Made by a program: the position numbers and the translations under genes. A DNA stretch of 45,421 bases, taken from Deltaproteobacteria bacterium TL4. Lineage in GTDB: Bacteria > SAR324 > NAC60-12. The stretch is from positions 1 to 45,421 of the forward strand of contig JBBCAX010000043.1 of NCBI GenBank assembly GCA_051382335.1. Reading direction: 5' to 3'. The notes under the pieces were generated by a model. That model was given only the letters and a program-made list of their open reading frames with translations, was not told where the DNA came from and did no database searches. Below, in pieces: positions 39,001-45,421 of the stretch (positions are counted from its first letter, which is position 1; every line of letters begins with the position of its first letter).

Positions 39001-42000
39001 TTGTAATAGTTCTGCCACTGAATCGGAGCCCCTTGGACATAAAGTTCTCCCAGGGTTTTTAGCAGGGTTTCCAGCTCTGTGTTGGGAAGTAAGCTTGGAA
39101 GCCACAAGGCGTCCAGGTCGGGTAAACACAACTTTCCCATCCCAATTAAAACCGGCTTCGGACCGATTTCCAAAAACAAGCGGCAAGCCTGTTGTCGCAA
39201 GGTTTGCATTCCAGTTTCAAACTGAACGGATTCCCGAATATGTTTGGCCCAATAACCCGGTGCTCTGATTTCCTCACCAATGACCTTTCCTGTGACATTG
39301 GAAATCAATGGAATGTGAGGGACACCATACTGAATTTCTGTGGCGACTCTAGTAAAATCGCTCATGAGGGGATCCATCAAAGAAGAATGAAACGCATGGG
39401 AAACCTGCAATTTCTGGCAAAGAACTTTTTGCGTTTTCAACTCAGCGATGATTGCGTCAATGGCGTCTTGTTCGCCGGAGATCACCACATTCGCGGGACC
39501 ATTATAGGCCGCGATGGAAACTCGGTTTTTGTAGGGCCGAATGGCTTGTGAAACCTGTTCCGCATTGGTTCTAAGAGCGGCCATAGCTCCATTTTTGGGT
39601 AAGGACTGCATAAAGCGTCCTCGTGCGGCAATGAGTTTCAAGCCATCTTTTAGACTAAACACTCCGGCAATACAGGCGGCCGTGTATTCACCAATACTGT
39701 GTCCTGTCACGATTGAGGGTTCGACACCCCACGATTTCCATAACTGGGCCAGCGCATATTCAAAGGCAAAAAGACAGGGCTGTGTATAGGCTGTCTCGTG
39801 AATTAAAGGTTTTGTATGTTCATCAGGATATTTTTCCTCAGGATATAAGACCGATAGCAACGAATGCTCCAAATAGGGTTCCAGCAATTGATTACACTGT
39901 TCCAACATTTCCCGGAATACAGGATAGCAATCATACAGGGCTTTTCCCATTCCAGGATACTGGGAACCTTGTCCTGTGAATAAAAAACCAATGTTGAGAC
40001 TGCTTTTGGAGGCGGTTCCTGTAACTACGTTTTTGGAGGCGGTTCCCTGAGTATAGGCCAATAATTGTTCTTTTATTTTCCGTGTACTGCATTCCAAAAC
40101 CGCGAGACGATGCTCCCAATGAGCCCTTCCGACATGAGCGGTATAAGCTACATCACGAATGTCATAAGGCAGAGAGTTGGAAAGATAATTCAAATATTTT
40201 TGGCTTAAGTCGTCTAAGCCGGCCTTGCTTTTCGCGGACAAACAAAGCAAATGCCAGGGATGCTTCGGCATCTCAGCGGAAGTCTCACAAAAGGGCGCTT
40301 CTTCCAAAATGAGGTGGGCATTGGTTCCACTGAAACCAAAAGAACTGACACCAGCCCGACGGGGTCGAGAGGTTCGAGGCCATTCCACTAATTCTTTGGT
40401 GACTTTGATGGGTATTTTACTCCAGGGAATACGTGAGTTTGGTTTTTCGAAATTCAAATGGCAGGGAATCACTTCATAATTCATGGACAGGATGATTTTA
40501 ATCATTCCCGCAATCCCCGCCGCACTTTCCAAATGACCAATGTTGGTTTTAACGGAGCCAATCCACAAAGGGGGTTGGTCTGAAGGACGCTCACCAAAAA
40601 CGTGAGTTAAGGCTCCGATTTCCTGGGGATCCCCTAACGGAGTTCCTGTGCCATGGGCTTCGATGTAGTCAATATCTTCAGGCTGAAGAGACGCGTTTTT
40701 TAAAGCGGCACGCACCACACGTTCCTGGGCGACACCGTTGGGAACGGTCAAACCACTGCTGCGTCCGTCATGATTGACAGCGGAGCCTTTAATCACAGAC
40801 AAAATCCGATCACCATCCCGAAGAGCGTCAGAAAGTCTTTTGAGGACAACAACCCCACAGCCTTCTCCACGACCATAGCCGTCCGCGGTGTCATCAAAGG
40901 TTTTACATTTTCCATCAGGCGAAAGGGCTTGTAACCGGGACAAACCAATAAAACTCTGAGGTTTTAAAATTAAATTAACGCCACCGGCCAAGGCTAATTC
41001 ACTTTCTCCGGAACGTAAGCTGTGGACCGCTTGATGAACCGCGACTAAAGAAGAAGAACAAGCGGTATCCAAGGCCATGGCTGGCCCCTGGAATCCCAGG
41101 CAATACGCAATGCGTCCCGCGGCGACACTTAATAAGGAACCGGTCAGGGAATACGCATCCATCTTTGATTGCTGTGAGCTTTGATGCCACAGTTGCGCGT
41201 AATCGCTGTTTGAAATTCCGATAAACACACCCACAGGACAGTCCTGCAGCGCTCGCAAATCCTGTCCCGCGTTTTCCAGAGCTTCCCAACAGCCTTCCAG
41301 TAACAATCGTTGTTGAGGATCCATTCCCAGCGCTTCCTTGGACGCAATACCAAACACCTCATTATCAAAACCATCAATCGCCTTGAGAAATGAACCTTTC
41401 CGCGTGTACATTTTTCCAGGGCTTTCTCTGGATTCCTGGAAATAGTGATCCACATTCCAGCGAGAGGGAGGAATATCTCCCACCGCATTCCGCCCCTGAA
41501 TCAACAAGTTCCAAAAGGCCTCTGGCGAGTCACTCTCGCCAGGAAAACGACAAGCGATGCCAATCACAGCAATTCCTTCAGTGGCCTCATGCTTCAAGGT
41601 TGTATTTGACAACTCCCGTTGAGGCCGCTTATGACCAAAGATTTCTTTCAACAGATAATCAGCCAACTTGGGTAAAGTCGGGTAATCAAACACAAGACTT
41701 GCAGGGAGTTCCGTTTGAAACATTTGGCTGAGACGCATTTGAAAACGAACCGCCTTCATCGAATCAAACCCCTGTTCCACTAGTCCGTACTCCAAAGCCC
41801 TTATTGGCCTTTCCAAAAACCGTTCGGCTTCCTTGGCCAGCAACGCAATCATACTCTCACGATGATTGCTCTTAAAAAATTGTGACCAGTTGATTTCAGG
41901 TTTTCTGAGGCTTTTGAGTTGCTGTAACACCTCCTTAAATTTTCCTGACTTATAGGCGTCAATCAAGCGGGAGCGTTGTAATTTACCACTGCTTGTTTTA

Positions 42001-43598
42001 AAAATCACGTTCGTTGGAATGACTTCATCAATGGCTAAACCTAAACGTTTTAATAAGTGAACTTCAACCTTTTCCGCAAGGGAGATAAAGTCTTCAAGAG
42101 GTTCTTTAGAGTAAAGAAAAACCAACAGCGCATCACGCTGTTTTTGCGGGTCAAAAGAACCACAGACCACAACTTTATTCAATTCAACTTCAGGGAGTTC
42201 CTGGACAAGCTGTTCTATGTCATTAGGATAGTAATTCACCCCGTTGACAAAGAATATATCTTTCAATCTACCCGTTATGACCAAAAGCCCTTGGTGGATA
42301 TAACCCAGATCTCCTGTATTGAGCCACCCATCCGCAGAAAACACCTCTTTGGTTTTTTGAGGATTATTGTAGTAGCCCTTCGTAACACTATCGCCATGAA
42401 TCTCAATGATTCCCACGGTATCCTCTTTCAATAAATTACCGGCTTCATCGCTGATTCTTATTTGGTAATGATCTAACGAAGGACCTACATCAACAACATG
42501 AACGACATTAGGGTCTGACGAAGCCACCGGGCGAACCGTTTGTCCCATACCAAGCTGGTTACGGTCAAGCCAGTATGACTCAAAACGTCGATTATAATTC
42601 ATACTGACAATGAGCGTGCCTTCCGCCAATCCATATCCTGTTTTAATGGAAGTCTCCAAAAAACCATAAGGTTTGAGCATTTTTTCAAATTCATGGCATA
42701 ACTCCGCGGAAATGGGTTCTGCACCATTTAGGATCGCACGAATACAAGAAAGGTCCCATCCTTGAGCCTGTTCCGGCTTAAATGATTTTAAAAAATGTCG
42801 ATAACCAAAATTAGGAGAAGACATCACCGTCGCACGATGTTCATGGGCTTTGCTAATCCATGAAAGGGCATTACGTACAAATAATGAAGGTTCAAGAAGG
42901 TACTGTTGTACTCTGCCCACAAGAGGGGTTAAATGGAAACCGATCATTCCGAAATCGTGACTCAAAGGCATCCATCCTAAATAGATGTCTTCCTGCTTTA
43001 CTTCAACGCGGGTTAGGGCATCTATAGCGTTAGTCAGCAAATTTTTGTGAGTCAGCATGACTCCTTTGGGATCACCTGTCGAGCCTGAGGAAAACTGTAA
43101 AAAGGCCAGGTCATCCGCTTCAATTTTCTCTATAGTTCCAGGCGTTTCATGCTTGAGGGCTTCATCAAAGGAAATGATTCTATTTTCAACCTGAGACCAA
43201 AGATCAAGATGGATGTATTTATCGCTGCATTCCTTAAAAGCTTCCAAGATGTGTGTGCCATCCACAATGAGTCGGGGGTTGTTGAGGATAGACCAGACTT
43301 TAAAAAACTTGAGGGGGTATTCGTGTTTATCAGAATAAACAAGCGGGATGGGAACAATTTTACCCATGAAACAAGCCCACAGGGTACAGACGATGGACTC
43401 ATTATGCTCATATTGAAAAACCAACTCATCCCCGGCCTTGAATCCCTGCGCCTGAAGGCTTCCGAGAATTTTACGGGCTTTTTGATATAAGTCCGCGTAG
43501 GACAAATACACCTCCCGATCCAAAGCTTCAATGAAGGTCAGCCCCTTGGTAGTTTTCGCGCTTTGTTCCAAGGCTTCAACTAAATTTGTATAGTTCAT
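36036..43598 (-). CDS. Type I PKS: FAAL-ACP-KS-AT-DH-KR-ACP
   Basis: [22 protein letters not shown] (acyl-AMP ligase); ACPs GFDSM and GMDSL; KS DTACSSS/HGTGT/GHLE; AT GHSIG with HAFH (malonyl-type); [13 protein letters not shown] and [33 protein letters not shown]. Confidence 0.95.
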   Translation of the reverse strand: MNYTNLVEALEQSAKTTKGLTFIEALDREVYLSYADLYQKARKILGSLQAQGFKAGDELVFQYEHNESIVCTLWACFMGKIVPIPLVYSDKHEYPLKFFKVWSILNNPRLIVDGTHILEAFKECSDKYIHLDLWSQVENRIISFDEALKHETPGTIEKIEADDLAFLQFSSGSTGDPKGVMLTHKNLLTNAIDALTRVEVKQEDIYLGWMPLSHDFGMIGFHLTPLVGRVQQYLLEPSLFVRNALSWISKAHEHRATVMSSPNFGYRHFLKSFKPEQAQGWDLSCIRAILNGAEPISAELCHEFEKMLKPYGFLETSIKTGYGLAEGTLIVSMNYNRRFESYWLDRNQLGMGQTVRPVASSDPNVVHVVDVGPSLDHYQIRISDEAGNLLKEDTVGIIEIHGDSVTKGYYNNPQKTKEVFSADGWLNTGDLGYIHQGLLVITGRLKDIFFVNGVNYYPNDIEQLVQELPEVELNKVVVCGSFDPQKQRDALLVFLYSKEPLEDFISLAEKVEVHLLKRLGLAIDEVIPTNVIFKTSSGKLQRSRLIDAYKSGKFKEVLQQLKSLRKPEINWSQFFKSNHRESMIALLAKEAERFLERPIRALEYGLVEQGFDSMKAVRFQMRLSQMFQTELPASLVFDYPTLPKLADYLLKEIFGHKRPQRELSNTTLKHEATEGIAVIGIACRFPGESDSPEAFWNLLIQGRNAVGDIPPSRWNVDHYFQESRESPGKMYTRKGSFLKAIDGFDNEVFGIASKEALGMDPQQRLLLEGCWEALENAGQDLRALQDCPVGVFIGISNSDYAQLWHQSSQQSKMDAYSLTGSLLSVAAGRIAYCLGFQGPAMALDTACSSSLVAVHQAVHSLRSGESELALAGGVNLILKPQSFIGLSRLQALSPDGKCKTFDDTADGYGRGEGCGVVVLKRLSDALRDGDRILSVIKGSAVNHDGRSSGLTVPNGVAQERVVRAALKNASLQPEDIDYIEAHGTGTPLGDPQEIGALTHVFGERPSDQPPLWIGSVKTNIGHLESAAGIAGMIKIILSMNYEVIPCHLNFEKPNSRIPWSKIPIKVTKELVEWPRTSRPRRAGVSSFGFSGTNAHLILEEAPFCETSAEMPKHPWHLLCLSAKSKAGLDDLSQKYLNYLSNSLPYDIRDVAYTAHVGRAHWEHRLAVLECSTRKIKEQLLAYTQGTASKNVVTGTASKSSLNIGFLFTGQGSQYPGMGKALYDCYPVFREMLEQCNQLLEPYLEHSLLSVLYPEEKYPDEHTKPLIHETAYTQPCLFAFEYALAQLWKSWGVEPSIVTGHSIGEYTAACIAGVFSLKDGLKLIAARGRFMQSLPKNGAMAALRTNAEQVSQAIRPYKNRVSIAAYNGPANVVISGEQDAIDAIIAELKTQKVLCQKLQVSHAFHSSLMDPLMSDFTRVATEIQYGVPHIPLISNVTGKVIGEEIRAPGYWAKHIRESVQFETGMQTLRQQACRLFLEIGPKPVLIGMGKLCLPDLDALWLPSLLPNTELETLLKTLGELYVQGAPIQWQNYYNHPTYRRVSLPTYPWQRQSYMLEATEVQRGSYSEISATSVHARKQIHPILGHKLASPAQETIFVSKLNGEHYFFKDHRAMGQCILPASGYPDPLLAGAKVGLKQEQVGLQNLSIKKPFLLNTETEIQYIFSPNENNQCQFQVFTSPLKNNSDEERKWTLNVTGEAYIASREKRPPALKLQDLKRQCPNVFVNLYPRLYEIGLHYGPLFQSMKSVQIGQGCGLGLVELPVELQADSQEYLLHPVLLDVSWHVTGAVMMTETPGVSYLPSGLKRVHLYQQPENKVWSYVRLVRSEDETSEQISFDTWIFLEDGTLASYIEGFTLQEVQLELLQNRETSPQDWLYQIEWQPQPLPATHELSKIGSLESWLILADEAGLGKQQAAFLRAQGKRCVLVSMGNAYQQIDPDHYRVNPLEPHDFEVLLSEAFGHNLLSCQGIIHLWSLNTSVPQVDQDSLEFMQQAGCASTLHLVQALGTRKWEHPLRWWFVTQETQRLEPSLAPLQVHQALLWGMVRSLSLEYPEWTCALIDLDQPYAPTTAHTLFGELCDFQQETQVAWSSGKRYVAQLKPYQEPATQETASLTIDSDASYWVTGGLGGIGRHITDWLIAQGARSLILSGRREMDKVQQQHLEDLEHQGVQITFIQSDVSDQDSVAGVLNHIQANLAPLRGIIHAAGTLDNAMLHRMSWEQFTKVQSSKLWGSWNLHKMTLSIPLDFMVFFSSNTAVLGFPGQANYTSANAFMDCLAHERQRQGLCALSINWGVWESKSRLRDASQRDQARLKELGFGLIPVAQGVKIFGQLLKQDRCQVVATPMEWGKYTHQFEQVPAFLRTLTEEHLLSESFSKADNNSEFLRKLEKSSPQERYEILYAFLEIQVGKVLGQPETLEIPPDRGFFDMGMDSLMSQELRRNLQNALSVKLSSTLAFEYPNMEELTLYLLEALIPEDSREEEVLAKRLNPSENTAHLSSTQAREGSQPSALDLELAKLEALLKC

Positions 43599-43614
43599 TA
43601 TGTTCCCGCAAGGT

Positions 43615-44397
43615 TCAGCTTAAAGCCAAGTCCATTTTATAGATTTCCTGGCTTGTTATCATTTTTCGACCTTCATTATAAAATTTCACAAAATACTCTC
43701 GCGCGACCTCAGGGTCCAAACTCAGAAAGGTTCCACCCAAAGCAAAATGCTGCAAAAACACTTTGCCCATCGCGTAAGTTGAGGCTCCCGCGGACAGAGG
43801 CATCAATGCCGCTCCGGAAACACTACCCATCCCGGGAATCATTTTCATCAGACTCATCCCGCTGTAAGACAACCCGCCTACCGCCAGTCCTCCGGCAACA
43901 GACCCCAAAACGGCTTTGACCTGATGTTTTTGAAATGGGACTTGATACAACTTCGCGAATTTTTTGAGCATCTTGAGTTGAAGCATACTCGCGCCCAGCA
44001 TATCAATGAGAGGAAAAGGCAGAACCCCCAAGCCCATGGACCAGATCACATGATTTTTAATGAGGCTCTGCCCTTCCTTGTCCCGGGAGGCTGCGGAGTT
44101 TAATTCTTTGAGAATCCATTCCCTGTTTGGATGATAAGCCCTGTCTTCAGCTGAGGAGGTTTCGGTCGTGGGAGTTTCCGAAGCTTGAGTCCCTACTTCA
44201 CTCAACGCCTGTTCCGGAGTTTCGAGGGTTTTGAATAAATTTTGAGATTCTTTCTGAATGACAAGAGTTTCGGTCAATGTTCGATAGCAGTCCTCACAAC
44301 GATTAAGATGAAAGATCATTTGACTACGTTCCTTGTCACTGACACTCCCCTCAACAAGAGCCGCAATATGATTGACTGAAAGACATTCTATTTCCAT
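43615..44397 (-). CDS. zf-HC2 (anti-sigma-type zinc finger) fused to a DUF697-like domain
   Basis: N-terminal C...HLNRCEDC; C-terminal NHVIWSMGLG..PFP..D....MLQLKML......Y.VPF and ASTYAMGKVF..HF..GG; RBS AAGGA. Confidence 0.7.
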   Translation of the reverse strand: MEIECLSVNHIAALVEGSVSDKERSQMIFHLNRCEDCYRTLTETLVIQKESQNLFKTLETPEQALSEVGTQASETPTTETSSAEDRAYHPNREWILKELNSAASRDKEGQSLIKNHVIWSMGLGVLPFPLIDMLGASMLQLKMLKKFAKLYQVPFQKHQVKAVLGSVAGGLAVGGLSYSGMSLMKMIPGMGSVSGAALMPLSAGASTYAMGKVFLQHFALGGTFLSLDPEVAREYFVKFYNEGRKMITSQEIYKMDLALS

Positions 44398-44766
44398 GGA
44401 GTTCCTTGCATTGAGTCATAAAACCTGAAAGGGCGCGATGAAGCATACCCTTCACTCTTTCCTTTCGAGCGAATTCAACAAGTTTAGTCGGACAAACTTT
44501 TAGTTTAACAATTTTTTTCATTTTTCGTCACGTCCCCTTCATTAGACATCTTTCCAAAATAAAACCTGGATTTTGCGGGTTTGCTGGCATCCTCCTCCTT
44601 TACAGCTTTTCAGAATTTCAAATACATTGTAAGGAGGACCAATGAGCTGCTTTGATCAACTGAGAATCCAAAAACCTGAGAAATTTACACGAGAAACAGG
44701 GCTCCCTTTGAAAAAATTCAAAAACCTGCGCAAAGCCGTCACCAATATTATAGATGTCCAGAAAAA

Positions 44767-44833
44767 TTTTGTCTCGGGGGGAGGGCGTCCCGCCCTCCGG
44801 TGAGGGCAAGAGGCCCTCGCTCCCAGGACAAAA
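44767..44833. repeat. REP-like GC-rich imperfect palindrome
   Basis: TTTTGTC..GAGGGCGTCCCGCCCTC-CGGT-GAGGGCAAGAGGCCCTC..GACAAAA. Confidence 0.65.
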
Positions 44834-45112
44834 CTTTCCTTGAGCACTATACTTAATAAGTGTTCAAGTCTTAGAAAAAGACGCAAAGAAGAAAAAGAAA
44901 AACCGTTTGGAGGCTCAGCAAGGGACAGCGTCCAAAAATCAACTGTTCCGAAAAATTAAAATTTAAAAAAGGCTGTTATCGTTTGACATAGGGTTTTTGT
45001 CATGTTAGTGAAAAATTTAACAGGGGCGCATCCAACCGATGGGGGAGTGTCTTGAGATACCTAAGGGGGTTTCCTAATTTTGCCTATAGAGTTTGATAAA
45101 TTTAACGAAATA

Positions 45113-45160
45113 GTAGAAAAGGCGTCCCGCCTTTTTTAAAGAGCGGGACGCTCCTTCTAC
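45113..45160. repeat. GTAG-bounded REP-like palindrome
   Basis: GTAGAAAAGGCGTCCCGCCTTTT...AAAGAGCGGGACGCTCCTTCTAC; shares GGCGTCCCGCC with the repeat at 44767. Confidence 0.65.
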
Positions 45161-45335
45161 CGCGAATTTGTTTGAATCTCAATCTTGTCCGACTCTCCCA
45201 ATTGGCGGCTACGCCCGTTCAATACCGTCTTTTTTGACTTTTCAGCAGGTTGGAAAAGTGATTGCTGGAAGCCTCACCCTTTTTTCAAAGGAGCTTTAAA
45301 ATGTTTGACTTTCTCTTGGGCGGCTGGCACATTTT

Positions 45336-45421
45336 CCGCACCGCACCGCACCGCACCGCACCGCACCGCACCGCACCGCACCGCACCGCACCGCACCGCA
45401 CCGCACCGCACCGCACCGCAC
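45336..45421 (+). repeat. Pentanucleotide microsatellite (CCGCA)17, running to the window end
   Basis: 17 perfect units read directly, plus one further base. Confidence 0.95.

Noticed and set aside
33021..43531. Antisense and alternate-frame ORFs inside the PKS genes
   Set aside because: Shadow ORFs of two long, motif-complete minus-strand genes
44618..44886. ORFs 44618-44809 and 44656-44886
   Set aside because: They span a REP-like palindrome and have no protein-like motifs
45325..45340. Sigma-54 promoter-like TGGCAC-N5-CCGCA
   Set aside because: The -12 element lacks the TT of TTGC and no downstream gene is visible; cannot be supported
1..45421. tRNA, rRNA or integron integrase genes
   Set aside because: None recognised by eye on either strand; a tRNAscan/Infernal/HMM run would be needed to exclude them formally

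Overview
Bacterial window with four blocks. (1) ~180-14.9 kb: a type 6-like BREX anti-phage operon (brxE-brxA-brxB-brxC-pglX-pglZ-brxD-brxHI). Both terminal genes look truncated, and pglX is bracketed by an identical 22-bp heptamer-derived direct repeat. (2) 15-27.4 kb: housekeeping and hypothetical genes (lytic transglycosylase, ABC-2 permease, hybrid REC-histidine kinase, lipoprotein truncated haemoglobin, Era, TPR protein, a frameshifted alpha/beta hydrolase). (3) 27.5-32.3 kb: a decayed integron cassette array with no integrase in the window. It has attC sites, class C group II intron remnants in two of them, a Phd/PIN toxin-antitoxin cassette, a cassette with a Tlde1/L,D-transpeptidase-like protein plus a lipoprotein, and IS4 and ISAzo13 remnants. 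(4) 32.3-44.4 kb: a minus-strand three-gene PKS operon (zf-HC2/DUF697-like fusion; FAAL-ACP-KS-AT-DH-KR-ACP; KS-aminotransferase with no recognisable AT or ACP), followed by REP-like palindromes and a terminal (CCGCA)17 microsatellite. All family calls come from motifs recognised by eye; no database searches were run.
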